Shown: positions 11,208 to 23,830 of the stretch, in pieces
Numbering within the stretch: the stretch's first letter is position 1
How the letters are laid out: the number at the start of each line of letters is the position of its first letter
Assembly (NCBI RefSeq): GCF_001194135.2
Contig: NC_069004.1
Span: 6,573,802 to 6,615,657, forward strand
Source: Octopus bimaculoides
Lineage: Eukaryota
Length of the DNA stretch: 41,856 bases
Direction of reading: 5' to 3'
Notes under the pieces: generated by a model
Database searches by the model: none
Seen by the model: only the letters and a program-made list of their open reading frames with translations
What the model was told of the DNA's origin: nothing
Position numbers and translations under genes: made by a program

Positions 11208-11534
11208 GAAAACGAAAACGAACTGTATCTATTTTTGTAATGGATGCGTCAATGTAATTTGAGTCCAGGTATGGATGCTGCTATGAACTCAGAACGGGGA
11301 CGAATACGATTTTGATTTTGCCTGAGATTGGACAAATCTGTATGTTGAGTGCAGAATACAATTCTTTTATTGTTCTGTCTCTTTAACTCAAATTGTTTAG
11401 ATGCATCATATCAAAATTTACGCCTCTCAGATCGATCAGGCAAGAACTTTCCCGAAATGGTAAATGAAAGTGTACGGAGGATTTCAGTGATTTTTTTCAA
11501 CTTATCCTTAACCATAAGGATGGGATTTTCTTTA

Positions 11535-11700
11535 CCGTAGAATCCCCTTGCTTGTTGATCATACAAAAGAATTTTTACAATGTGATCACCTTGTATTCAA
11601 ACAACACATTCGGCCCATCTGCATTGCATTCTCAACAGCATACTTTCGATATTGGAGAGGTCACATTTTTCATAATAGGTATAATATGAAAAGGATTTAG
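11535..11700 (-). mobile_element. RTE-clade LINE fossil, C-terminal region after RT
   Basis: Reverse translation SNIESMLLRMQCRWAECVV*IQGDHIVKILLY resembles the RTE motif SIE.MLL..QLRW.GHV.RM.D.R.PK..LY. Confidence 0.55.
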
Positions 11701-11864
11701 TAGTTGTTTTTATCACATCCAATTCTCCTGTAGAGGTCTCCTTCAATGGTTCATATATACTCGTGTATACACACATACAGAACTTTTTCAAAATGTACAT
11801 CTCCTCCATCCGGATTACATATTTAGATTTATACCAACATTTATTGGAGCACTAGGATATATAT

Positions 11865-12240
11865 CTAATTACCTCAGCACCATTCTTGAGAAATTACAAT
11901 TCTGAAAACCAGAAAGGAGAACGTTACTTAGAAAACTACAGACACAAGCCATCAGTGGAATTGTCAAAATATCTAAGACTTTCCAAATGTTTAGCATATA
12001 CGAGCATATGTACGTGTGTAGACGAGCAACTATATTTATGGCTATACATAAAAGAACATATGCAAATCTGCTCATGTACTGATTACGAATACTTGTACAT
12101 ATATACATATTCGTGTACAGTAACCCTGTCGATGCTATAATGTAAAGAAGAACGCTTGAGTGTATGTTACAAACCAAGTCTTTCCCCATAGGTATGAAAT
12201 CTAGAAATAAGAATAAATAACAACGTACATACACGTATAA
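11865..12240 (-). repeat. Unclassified interspersed repeat, copy 2 (inverted relative to 7350-7800)
   Basis: See copy 1; the spurious ORF translations also align (PVMAWSCSLQISVLLSGFEKLNF vs PLMACVCSFLSNVLLSGFQNCNF). Confidence 0.65.
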
Positions 12241-13785
12241 GGCTATGATTTACGGCAGATATGGCTACTATTTCTAGCAGGTCTAACTAACGTGTAGAAA
12301 CCGTATTCGCTCGCGCATACACTGATATATGTACATATAAAGGACAGCTCTGTGCGATTTGAGGGATATTAGATTGCTATGTTTAACGTTGTAGGTAACC
12401 ACCAAAAGTTTCTCACACTTGATATTTCTGCGTTTCGTTTTATCGCCTTCTTTTCTGTGCTTATGTTGTTTTATAATTTTTCTTTTTTTGTTTTTTCATG
12501 TTTTTGTAATTTTCTTTTTATCGCTTTTGCGTTTGTTTCTGTTTCCTAAAGACACTCAGACCTTTCCAGAGACTTTCACTAAATCCTATTAGCCAGAAAC
12601 GAGAGATATAACGAAAAAGAAGCTTTAAGCAGAACAAACAATAAAAAACAAATATGTCGGCCTTTTAAGTGTCAAAACATTGGTCACGTGACTGTGTGAG
12701 GACGTTGTGTGTTGAGATAAGATTTCCTTTCAAGCAACTCGGGAGTTTTTGTTTGTCGATGATTTGCCTTTTATTTTTATAAACACTCACTTCCATAAGT
12801 ATATGTGTAAATATATATATGTATACACGCATTACATATATATATATATATATACAGGCATTACATATACACATACACGCATATACATATATATAAACAT
12901 ATATATATATATATATATATATGCATTCATATATACATTCATATATATACACATTCATGTATATATGTATATATGTATGCAAGCAGATGTACATATCTAG
13001 AGGGACATAACTGTTAAAATACATCCGTATATGTGTGTGTGTCTGTGTATTTATGTGTGTGAACGTATGCAGTTATTATATGTATGTATATATATACACA
13101 CATTTATGTAGGCATATTTATGCATACACACACACACACACACGCACGCACACACACACACACACACACACACAAAACACACACTCACACACNNNNNNNN
13201 NNNNNNNNNNNNNNNNNNNNNNNNNNNNNNNNNNNNNNNNNNNNNNNNNNNNNNNNNNNNNNNNNNNNNNNNNNNNNNNNNNNNNNNNNNNNNNNNNNNN
13301 NNNNNNNNNNNNNNNNNNNNNNNNNNNNNNNNNNNNNNNNNNNNNNNNNNNNNNNNNNNNNNNNNNNNNNNNNNNNNNNNNNNNNNNNNNNNNNNNNNNN
13401 NNNNNNNNNNNNNNNNNNNNNNNNNNNNNNNNNNNNNNNNNNNNNNNNNNNNNNNNNNNNNNNNNNNNNNNNNNNNNNNNNNNNNNNNNNNNNNNNNNNN
13501 NNNNNNNNNNNNNNNNNNNNNNNNNNNNNNNNNNNNNNNNNNNNNNNNNNNNNNNNNNNNNNNNNNNNNNNNNNNNNNNNNNNNNNNNNNNNNNNNNNNN
13601 NNNNNNNNNNNNNNNNNNNNNNNNNNNNNNNNNNNNNNNNNNNNNNNNNNNNNNNNNNNNNNNNNNNNNNNNNNNNNNNNNNNNNNNNNNNNNNNNNNNN
13701 NNNNNNNNNNNNNNNNNNNNNNNNNNNNNNNNNNNNNNNNNNNNNNNNNNNNNNNNNNNNNNNNNNNNNNNNNNNNNNNNNNNNA

Positions 13786-13793
13786 GAATAATC

Positions 13794-13871
<78 letters not shown>

Positions 13872-13977
13872 GTAGTAGTAGTGCCGGCAGGGGGCTAAAC
13901 ATAAAGGGGACAGACAAGGATAGAAAAGGGGATTAAGTCGATTACATCGACCCCGGTGATTAACTGGTACTTATTTA
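13786..13977 (-). mobile_element. Family-B-related SINE 3' end with (TTA)n tail
   Basis: Reverse strand TAAATAAGTACCAGTT...GGGGTCGATGTAATCGACTTAATCCC...CCGGCACTACTACTAC followed by a long (TAT)n run. Confidence 0.7.
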
Positions 13978-14361
13978 TATTTATATGTATCTATATATAT
14001 ATATATATATATATATACGTATACTGACAGACACATACATCGTCAGACACATATACTTGTCAGCCATCGGCCTAACGTAGGTAACAAACGCGCGAACACA
14101 GTCATATAGAAAATGTGACGTTATCGTCGTTAAGGTAGTGATATAAAATGTCAATTACTATAGGTGACTAAAAGAAAAATGATAATGTGAAATTTTTGTA
14201 ATGGAAATATGTGAATGAAACTATAGTTTAGTTAGTAGCCAAAAGTTTACTGAATCTTTTGAAACCCCATACGTCAAATTCGGCAGTTCGGTTTTGGAAT
14301 GCAAAAGGAATACACACACACACACACACACACACGTACAAAATCTCTTTTACATACACAC

Positions 14362-14393
<32 letters not shown>

Positions 14394-15145
14394 GGGGGGC
14401 GTATAAGATATATAATATACATTTACATAAATATATATATACGCATTCTCACACACATTCGCACACAAAGACACACACACACACACTTGTGTGAAAAAGC
14501 ATGCTCTTACATTTACACCTACATAGCACTCCACTGGAAATATAAATTTCGACTCGTAAATTAAAATCGAAATAGAAAACGTTTACAACAACAACAACAA
14601 CAACATGAACTAGAAATACAACTACAATAATTACAACAGCAACAGCAACTGCAACAAAAAATTGTCTGACGTACATCATCAATCAACAACAGCAAGAACA
14701 ACAATGACGGTTACAGCAGCAACAACAACAACAACCACAAGTATTAAAGACTTTTATCAATAAAATCAGGAATTGAAAAGGAAAAAATCTTGCAGACATT
14801 CAGGATGACTTACATTTAGTTGGGTTCTTTTTTTTGTATGCGTTTTTGTATTTTTGCATGTTTTGTTTGTTTGTTTGTTTTGTTTTTCTGGATTGGGGAT
14901 TAAAATAAGAAAAGAAAATATAAAAAATTTGATTAATCTAAAATCAAGTTCATTTTAAAAATGTGGAATCAAATGAAAAAAAATGGTTACTAAAAGAAGG
15001 AAACGAACTGTAAACAGAGTGAAATAGACCAAGACCGAATAATGAAAAAAAAATAGCCACAACAACAAAAGACAGACAAGAAGAAACAGTGAACACCAAC
15101 AACAACGACAATAAAACACGCAGCAACACCAGAAATAATAACAAG

Positions 15146-15361
15146 AATGGTTTCTAATTTTGCCACAAGGGCAGCCATTTTGGGGAAGGAATGAGTCGAT
15201 TAGATCGACCCCAGCGTTTCACTATTACTTAATTTATCGATCTCGAAAGGACGAAAGGCAAAGTCGACCTCGGTGCAATTTGAACTCAGAACGTAGCGAC
15301 GGGCGAAATGCCGCTAAGCATTTAGCCCGGCGTGCTAACGGCTTTGCCAGCTCGCCGTCTT
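15146..15361 (-). mobile_element. SINE family B, full length
   Basis: Collinear with 2703-2921, including head (GCCAGCTCGCCGTCTT) and tail (AATGGTTTCTAATTTTG). Confidence 0.85.
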
Positions 15362-15483
15362 AATGTTGATGATGATGATAATGATGCTGCTGCTGATGAT
15401 GATGACGACGATGATGACGATGCCGACGACGATGACGATGATGATGATGACGACAACAACGACGACGATGATGATGATGATGA
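15362..15483. repeat. (GAT)n/(GAC)n microsatellite
   Basis: Directly visible; source of the poly-D ORF. Confidence 0.95.
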
Positions 15484-15742
15484 ATTCTTAATCAATGATG
15501 GTAGTTTGAGTAAATAACCACATTATTAATAATTATCCAATTCATTGATTAATTAGCTATGTAAGAATTCAGCATCATTCCACCAGAAAATGACATGCGA
15601 TTAAATTCTTTAGAATCCAGCGCAAGTCCCAGAGTATTCAGCCATAAAATATGCGAAAGAAAAAGGCGTGTGCCTTCAGACATGTCATTTATGAGTAGAA
15701 AGGCGATAACTTACTCCTACAAGCACGAACACAAGGACACAC

Positions 15743-15846
15743 GTGTGTGTGTGTGTGTATGTGTGTGCGTGTGTGCGTGCGTGTGTGTGTGTGCGTGTGT
15801 GTGCGTGTGTGTGCGTGTGTGCGTATGTGTGTGTGAGCGTGTGCAC
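15743..15846. repeat. (GT)n/(GTGTGC)n alternating purine-pyrimidine tract
   Basis: Directly visible. Confidence 0.9.
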
Positions 15847-15859
15847 ACATGAATATATA

Positions 15860-16050
15860 TACGCGGTCTGATCAATAAGTATCTTGACCGTTGCCATAGT
15901 AACGAAGCTAAAGCACGCAGAGTGAAGCCGCTTCTCAGAGATTGACCTTTAACTCTGCTGTGCATGCGCACTAAGTTTTAACATTCTAGCTCAATTTCAC
16001 TGTTTACAGCAGTGTTTGGAAGGGATGTGTGTAGCGTGTGACCGTCACTT
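15860..16050 (+). mobile_element. Probable mariner-type DNA transposon 5' end fragment
   Basis: TA followed by CGCGGTCTGATCAATAAGTATC..GAC resembles mariner TIR starts (TA|CGAGGT.TG.TCAA.AAGT). No partner TIR was found. Confidence 0.5.
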
Positions 16051-16056
16051 GCTAAT

Positions 16057-16131
16057 GGTGCCATGCAGTGGGACTGATCCCGGTACCAAGTGACTGGGAA
16101 GGAAACTTCTTACCACACAGCCACGCTTGCA
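16057..16131 (-). mobile_element. SINE family A head fragment
   Basis: GGTGCCATGCAGTGGGACTGA...TTACCACACAGCCAC is the reverse complement of the family A head. Confidence 0.75.
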
Positions 16132-16295
16132 CTTATAATAAACGTATATTAACCTTATTGTTAACAGTTAATTGGTTAAGACCCGTGTTTAGTAAATCCG
16201 CCGGCAACAAAGGTGACATTGATGTTACAAGTTACTAATTTATTTGACCTTCATAAGAGAAAGGATAGTAATATGTTTTTGCGTGTTTGCATGCC

Positions 16296-16326
<31 letters not shown>

Positions 16327-17233
16327 ATCTGTGTGTGTGTGCATGTTTGTGTAAAGTGTGTTTGTGTGTGTGTGCACGCCTCTGTGTGTACTGTGTGTGT
16401 GTGGGGGGTTTGTGTGTGTGGAGTGCGTGCGTGTGTATGNNNNNNNNNNNNNNNNNNNNNNNNNNNNNNNNNNNNNNNNNNNNNNNNNNNNNNNNNNNNN
16501 NNNNNNNNNNNNNNNNNNNNNNNNNNNNNNNNNNNNNNNNNNNNNNNNNNNNNNNNNNNNNNNNNNNNNNNNNNNNNNNNNNNNNNNNNNNNNNNNNNNN
16601 NNNNNNNNNNNNNNNNNNNNNNNNNNNNNNNNNNNNNNNNNNNNNNNNNNNNNNNNNNNNNNNNNNNNNNNNNNNNNNNNNNNNNNNNNNNNNNNNNNNN
16701 NNNNNNNNNNNNNNNNNNNNNNNNNNNNNNNNNNNNNNNNNNNNNNNNNNNNNNNNNNNNNNNNNNNNNNNNNNNNNNNNNNNNNNNNNNNNNNNNNNNN
16801 NNNNNNNNNNNNNNTGTGTGTGTAGCGTGTCTGTGTGTGTGTGTGTGTGTGGAGTGCGTGTGTGTATGTGTGTATGTGTATGAGTGTTTGTGTGGGGGGG
16901 TAGAGTGTGCGTGTGGAGGGTGTGACTGTGTGTGTGCCCGGGATGGTGTGTGTATGCGCGCGTGTGTGTGTGTGTGTATATATAGGTGACTATAACGGGC
17001 ACAGTTCATTTCCATATAATTTAAGATGCCTAATATCTCATGGCTACGAACATAAACTCTCCCAGATTTGATTAGACTAATATCAACAACGTCACCTGTC
17101 ATTTGTTTTATCGTTGTTTACTATAATGAATCAACGTCAACATTAACGGCAACATGATTCAGTGCTACTCATAAAATTATAAAATATTTTATCGTTATTA
17201 CTAAGGAATATAAGGAAAGTTACACACGCACAC

Positions 17234-17288
<55 letters not shown>

Positions 17289-17289
<1 letters not shown>

Positions 17290-17516
17290 TCTTTTTTACT
17301 CTTTTACTTGTTTCAGTCATTTGACTGTGGCCATGCTGGAGCACCGCCTTTAGTCGAGCAAATCGACCCCAGGACTTATTCTTTGTAAGCCCAGTACTTA
17401 TTGTATCGGTCACTTTTGCCGAACCGCTATGTTACGGGGACTTAAACACACCAGCATCGGTTGTCATCCGATGTTGGGGAGGGGGGATAAACACAAACAC
17501 ACAAACATATACACAC

Positions 17517-17564
<48 letters not shown>

Positions 17565-17686
17565 GACGGTCATCTTTCAGTTTCCCGTCTACCAAATCCA
17601 CTGACATGGTCTTGGTCGGCCCGAGGCTATAGTAGAAGACACTTACCCAAGGTGCCACGCAGTGAGACTGAACCCGAAACCATGTG
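17289..17686 (-). mobile_element. SINE family A, near full length (head cut by gap), internal (TA)n/(CA)n linker
   Basis: Reverse complement collinear with 29575-29968 from the tail TCTTTTACTTGTTTCAGTC to GAACCCGAAACCATGTG. Confidence 0.9.
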
Positions 17687-18789
17687 NNNNNNNNNNNNNN
17701 NNNNNNNNNNNNNNNNNNNNNNNNNNNNNNNNNNNNNNNNNNNNNNNNNNNNNNNNNNNNNNNNNNNNNNNNNNNNNNNNNNNNNNNNNNNNNNNNNNNN
17801 NNNNNNNNNNNNNNNNNNNNNNNNNNNNNNNNNNNNNNNNNNNNNNNNNNNNNNNNNNNNNNNNNNNNNNNNNNNNNNNNNNNNNNNNNNNNNNNNNNNN
17901 NNNNNNNNNNNNNNNNNNNNNNNNNNNNNNNNNNNNNNNNNNNNNNNNNNNNNNNNNNNNNNNNNNNNNNNNNNNNNNNNNNNNNNNNNNNNNNNNNNNN
18001 NNNNNNNNNNNNNNNNNNNNNNNNNNNNNNNNNNNNNNNNNNNNNNNNNNNNNNNNNNNNNNNNNNNNNNNNNNNNNNNNNNNNNNNNNNNNNNNNNNNN
18101 NNNNNNNNNNNNNNNNNNNNNNNNNNNNNNNNNNNNNNNNNNNNNNNNNNNNNNNNNNNNNNNNNNNNNNNNNNNNNNNNNNNNNNNNNNNNNNNNNNNN
18201 NNNNNNNNNNNNNNNNNNNNNNNNNNNNNNNNNNNNNNNNNNNNNNNNNNNNNNNNNNNNNNNNNNNNNNNNNNNNNNNNNNNNNNNNNNNNNNNNNNNN
18301 NNNNNNNNNNNNNNNNNNNNNNNNNNNNNNNNNNNNNNNNNNNNNNNNNNATATATATATATATATAAATTAACAGAATGAGATAAAAGATCCAAGGCTG
18401 CCAGCTTACCACTTTTCAACACTGGACATATTAAATGTAATTTGTAATTACTCAAAGCTACCTCAGAATGTTTAGCTATACACAGTTGCTACAGACAAGC
18501 AACGAAAGCTGTTTAAGTAATATTTCTTTGACAAGTGGCAAGGAAGCATTGTGAATTGTCTGGCATTGCATAATGAAGACTGTGAAAATGAGGTGCGTAG
18601 TGTCAGCATTACAGAAGAAGTCTAGACAGACGGGCAAAGAGCCAACAGGAATACATACGGACCGGAAAAAATTGACGGACAATTCTTTTATTTATTTGTA
18701 TCCTTACGCAAATGCAATGCAAATACAAATAGTGCGATATACCTTAATACTTTTGTATCGTGCTCTTCTTCACATATGTGTGTGACTGT

Positions 18790-18828
<39 letters not shown>

Positions 18829-18832
18829 CTGA

Positions 18833-19117
18833 TATTCTTTTATTCTTTTACTTGTTTCTGTCATTTGACAGCGGCCATGATGGAGCAACGCCTTTTCGAC
18901 GAACAAATCGTCTCCAGGGCTTATTCTGTGTAAGCCTAGTACTTATTCTATCGAATCACTCTTTGCCGAATCGCTAAGTTACGGGGGCCGTAAACAAAAT
19001 AACACAGGATGCCAAACGGCGGTAGGCGACCAACAGATATAAAGACGAACTAACAAAGATACACACACACTTATACACACACATATGATAGCTTTCTTTC
19101 AGCTTCCGGCTAGCAAA
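18833..19117 (-). mobile_element. SINE family A, 3' two-thirds, diverged
   Basis: TATTCTTTTACTTGTTTCTGTCATTTGAC...AAGCCTAGTACTTATTCTATCG...GCTAAGTTACGGGG...CTTTCTTTCAGCTTCC. Confidence 0.8.
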
Positions 19118-19132
19118 AAATACATTAACAAG

Positions 19133-19183
<51 letters not shown>

Positions 19184-19395
19184 TGAGCAATTTTTGTATG
19201 AACACCATTAGCTTAGAGCTGTTTTGTCTCTAAGATGCTGTGGACTCATTTTTGACTGCCTGAGTAATAGCTTATGCCTCTTATACTAGTGTCTATATAA
19301 CTCTCTCCCTCACTCTCACTCCTTTCCGGGATTCCTCTTGTAATGCAAGAGGCTCTCCGTGCCACAGTGTTTCTGACAGATTCGTCACCAGATTT

Positions 19396-19735
19396 ACGTT
19401 ATTAGAACATTGCATTATTAGGTCATTACATCATTGTGTCGTTATGTTATTACGCCATTACATTATTTGGTCACCACGTTATTAGATTGTTACGTAGTAA
19501 TATCATTACATTATTGAATCATTGCATCATTGTATCATTACGTTATTAAGCCATTATATTATTAGGTGATCACATTATTAGATTATTACATCATTAAACC
19601 ATTAGATTTAAGCTATTACGTTATTACGTCATAATATTATTAGATTATTACGTTATTTGCTCATTACATCATCACATCATTGCGTCATTGCGTTATTACG
19701 TCATTACATCATAACGTTATTACGCCATTACGTTA
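19396..19735. repeat. Degenerate short-period tandem repeat built from CATTA/CGTTATT/AGAT motifs
   Basis: Recurrent CATTACRTTATTAG-like units are directly visible. Confidence 0.8.
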
Positions 19736-19964
19736 AGGATATACACGTTTGCAGAATAGTCTGCAACTCGTAGGTTACGTTCACAAGTAAGCATTCATTT
19801 AGTTAAACAAGTGGATCATTCATCGTCGAAAGTGACGGAGAATTTATGATGTGCATGTGTGTATGAACATGGGTGTATATGTGTGTGTGTGTGCATATAT
19901 ATGTGTATTTGTGTATTTGTTTCCCTGTTTGTATGTAAGTTATGTTTGTGTATACATGTGTAGT

Positions 19965-20222
19965 TTGCGTGTATCTTCGCATGTGTGTGTATGTGTGTAG
20001 TATGTGTGCATCTTCGCGTCTGTGTATGTATCTGGTATGTGTGTATCTTCCCATGTGTGTATATGTGTGTGTATCTTCGCATGTGTGTGTATGTGTGTAG
20101 TATGTGTGTATCTTCGCAAGTGGGTGTATGTGTGTAGTATGTGTCTATCTTCGGATGTGCGTGCATGTGTGTAGTTTGTATCTTTGCATGTGCGTGTATG
20201 TGTGTAGTATGTGTGTATCTTT
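19965..20222. repeat. ~37-bp minisatellite (ATCTTCGCATGTGTGTGTATGTGTGTAGTATGTGTGT), about 8 units
   Basis: ATCTT anchors at 19973, 20010, 20045, 20073, 20110, 20147, 20180 and 20217. Confidence 0.9.
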
Positions 20223-20706
20223 ACTATTTTGCTTCTTCTATAACAATGCCAAATAAATTGGAAATCCAGAATCGATTTAAATGTTAATATTTTTTGAAAT
20301 TTGAAAATAACAACAGAAACCACTACAACAACAGGTACTACAAAGAAAACAAGACTAATTTACTATCAATCGAGAACAAATTAAGTACAGCAATGGTGAC
20401 AAAATCAACAACAACAATAGCAACAGAAGCCGATGTAGTAAAAGCAGCAGCAAAAGTTACGCAATGACATTAGAAACAAATAAAATAAATAAGGAAGAAT
20501 ATAAATAACAAACAAATCAGTAACTAGTGTAAACAACAACAGCAGCAGTAGTAATAGTAACATCAGTAAAATTAGCAGAATCCATGGTTAAAACATTCGT
20601 TAAAATAAAAACAATGCTGGCAAAAATCGCAACAAGTTAATGAAACTGTAGCAGGACGGGAACTTTAAGAACTATAATAGTTCACTTATGCATTTCTAGA
20701 TAGATA

Positions 20707-21207
20707 GGCGCAAGCGAGGTTGTGTGGTAAGTCGTTTGCTTACTGACCACGTGGTTCTCGGTTCAGTCCCACTGCGTGGTACCTTGAACAAGTAGTATCT
20801 GCTCTCACCTCGGGATGACCAAAGCCTTGTGAGTGGATTTGGTAGACGGAAACTGAAAGAAGCCCGTCGTATATGTGTGTGTGTGTGTTGCGTGTATGTG
20901 TGNNNNNNNNNNNNNNNNNNNNNNNNNNNNNNNNNNNNNNNNNNNNNNNNNNNNNNNNNNNNNNNNNNNNNNNNNNNNNNNNNNNNNNNNNNNNNNNNNN
21001 NNNNNNNNNNNNNNNNNNNNNNNNNNNNNNNNNNNNNNNNNNNNNNNNNNNNNNNNNNNNNNNNNNNNNNNNNNNNNNNNNNNNNNNNNNNNNNNNNNNN
21101 NNNNNNNNNNNNNNNNNNNNNNNNNNNNNNNNNNGATTTTTTCGATTAAAGGCAGTGCTCCAGCATGGCCGCAGTCAAATGACTGAAATAAATAAAAGAA
21201 TAAAAGA
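20707..21207 (+). mobile_element. SINE family A, full span with an assembly gap in the microsatellite linker
   Basis: Head GGCGCAAGCGAGGTTGTGTGG to AAGAAGCCCGTCG, gap at 20903-21134, tail GCAGTGCTCCAGCATGGCCGCAGTCAAATGACTGAAA..AAAAGAATAAAAGA. Confidence 0.85.
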
Positions 21208-21242
21208 TCGATAGATAAATAGACAGATAGATGAATATACTT

Positions 21243-21273
<31 letters not shown>

Positions 21274-21896
21274 CAGACACAGTGGAAAATTAGTAGGGTT
21301 TATCAATTCAATGGGTAATTCAAATGTGAGAAAGATCAGTGAAAATTCTGTTATTAAAAATGATTATCGTAAGATGCTGATGGCTTCATTTGTAGCAAAT
21401 TGCCGTAAAATATATACAGGCGTGAAAAGTAAGATAACATCATAAAATGTGAGGAGAAAGAGAGGGAACAATACAAAGCATATGAGAGCAAAGCTATACT
21501 ATAGACTATGCAACATGTAATATCATAGTTATTCCATGGAATATATTACGAAAACGCAGAAAAGCGAAGTGAAAGAGATGAGAAAAGATTGCATATGAAA
21601 AAAACGAAATTAGAATAGCTAGAAGTAATGATAAAGTTCTTTGGGAAAAATCGAGTAAAAGTTATAATATTCTTGTTGTCATAGAAACAAACTAGTACCA
21701 AATTCTGGAGAGCAACGTTGTTGAAAAACGGTGATGAATAAAAAAAGGAACTGTCATCTTTTATTCTGTAAGAGTATTTCAGCAATTTCTTTGAGAATTG
21801 AAAAGAACCATTTTTAAGACAAAATATTTCAATATGGCAAAACTTTGAATCCAGTGAGAATATTAATGTGGAAATTTTTGTTAGAAATAATGGAAA

Positions 21897-21927
<31 letters not shown>

Positions 21928-22024
21928 CGGTTTATCAGTTTTCATCATGAAAATCTTATTTGCAGGAATAAAAGTAACATTCAACGGAATGTATTGTATT
22001 CGAGTGATTCGGTGAAAAAAAAAA

Positions 22025-22410
22025 ATCAGTAATTCAAAGATACCGGCATTAATCTGATACATCTTTTTTTTTTTTTTTGCAGCTGCTGCATCCTCCGCCT
22101 TCGTGATTTCGCGTGTCGCATGCACGATGCGGGTCTTCAAACTGTTGACACTCGAGTGTAGTGAAGAATTTGGACCTTGTTTGAAGTACGCCCCATAAAA
22201 TAACCAGATGTTGGGCCACACAAAAAATGTCACCTTCTCCCCGAGGAAGGCCTGTGTTGCTTTTGACCCGTGGCCTGGTGCTGAGGCCTGGATAAGCACC
22301 ACATTGTCAAGCCCAAGGGTAAACAGAGAGTGCTTCAGGATGTCCAGATACTCCTTTGTGACGATCTTCGAGTCAGACTCAATGAAGTGTGGTTCCATGA
22401 CACTTCCATC
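22025..22410 (-). mobile_element. Tc1/mariner-superfamily (DD37D-like) transposase fossil, catalytic C-terminal part
   Basis: ORF 21829-22398 contains MEPHF...EYLDIL...VLIQASAPGHGSKATQAFL...PNIW[PPNSPDxNPxD deleted]...HSSVNSLKTRI...INAGIFE. The catalytic QDSAP has become QASAP. Confidence 0.75.
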
Positions 22411-23344
22411 ATTCCATGGTCATAAATATTATCATATTCATCCCTTCTCCCCAGGGAGGAAATAAGACATTAGGAGTAGTCAGTTGGATATAAGTAACTG
22501 TCTATAAAAAGAGGCAGGGTAGGGGTAGATTTTAAATGATGATGTTAATTACCAGTTAAAGGGGCAAGACGCTAAGAAACCTAAGATGTTAATAGAGAGG
22601 AAATTTTATTTTGGGGCATTATGGAGGAATGTTTATAAACAATATTGTTATGTTGCATTAAAATAAATTTAAGAATTTCATAACTAAAATAGGCAAAATG
22701 TGTGTATATATTAATTATAAACATTAAAAAAGAAGATTACAAAGAATCAGTTTAATATCCATTCATGTACTTAATTAATTACTTATTAGGTGGTTTCTAT
22801 AAAGACTGCTCGGGGCATTCACAAATGGAATAACTGGAATGATATACATGCTATCTATTAATTTTAAACCATGAATCAGAAAAGTGTAAAAATGCATACA
22901 GATACACGCACATATATATATGTGCATATGTGCATATATATATACATACATAAATATATATACGTTTATAAGGATACAGTATAAATATCTCGGATAGACT
23001 TAAATAACTGAAAAATATCAATGTATAATTGATAAGAGTTTAATAAGTAAGGTTATTAAAGCAAGAAAACAAATTAATAAGAATTTATAGAAAATAATAA
23101 GAAATACATATAACCTACATATAAAGAGACAGGATTAACATTAGAGGCAGGGAAAAGATAAAGGTAACCCGAAAAGAGGGAGTAATGGGTATGGAAGTAG
23201 CGAGGGCAGTTAAAGGTATTCAAGCCGAAGTGATTTTAAAAGCTGTAATGTTACAGGTGTCATTGTGTGTATGATTTCTTAGGATGAAATGGGTCTAGGA
23301 AGTGACCTTACTTGGCCACAAGTCGACTTACACCGTGTATGCAT

Positions 23345-23349
23345 GTATG

Positions 23350-23388
<39 letters not shown>

Positions 23389-23578
23389 GGGTGGATGGAT
23401 GGATAGATGGATGAATGCATGGTTGAATGGGTGGATAGATAGTTAGATAGAGGATGGATGGATGCATGGATGGATTGTTGGATTGTTGGATGGATGGGTG
23501 GATAGATAGATAGATAGAGAGAGGATGGATGGATTGATTGACAGACAAACAGACAAACAGACAGATAAATAGATAGAC
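23345..23578. repeat. (GATA)n/(GGAT)n/(GACA)n tetranucleotide tract
   Basis: Directly visible. Confidence 0.95.
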
Positions 23579-23830
23579 TGTGAGCGTGCGTTTAGTGCTT
23601 GCAAGTGTTACTGGCCTTGTTTAACAGAAAATACAGGAGGATCCGTTAATTAGGATTTTATTCAAAAAATTCAGCTCTCAGATTAACGCACTTATTGCTG
23701 CGGTCCTTTAGTTTTTTTAATCCCTGTAATAGAAATAGGATGTTTGGGCCTCCAGCCAGGCTTTACGCGACACCCTTAAAACCAGAAACTTTTTGGCACC
23801 CCCTCATAAAAGCATTCGAAAAGTTGGGCC

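Noticed and set aside
11014-11262. 82-aa K-rich ORF and the antisense ORF containing LGPTDPCSTAVGTEPFSTSVF
   Set aside because: Both are translations of the 28S rRNA fragment and its A-tract.
10936-12768. 16/17 inverted match between 10936-10952 and 12752-12768
   Set aside because: Short, with no convincing extension; cannot be distinguished from chance without a search.
14130-14138. TTAAGGTAG, resembling the R2 target site in 28S
   Set aside because: Only 9 bp with no flanking rRNA homology; expected by chance.
18476-18785. Overlapping 68-70 aa ORFs in non-repetitive sequence
   Set aside because: No recognisable domain or consistent splice structure.
22061-22085. Poly-T plus GCAG acceptor-like signal antisense within the transposase fossil
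   Set aside because: No matching donor or coherent exon identified; probably an expanded mononucleotide run.
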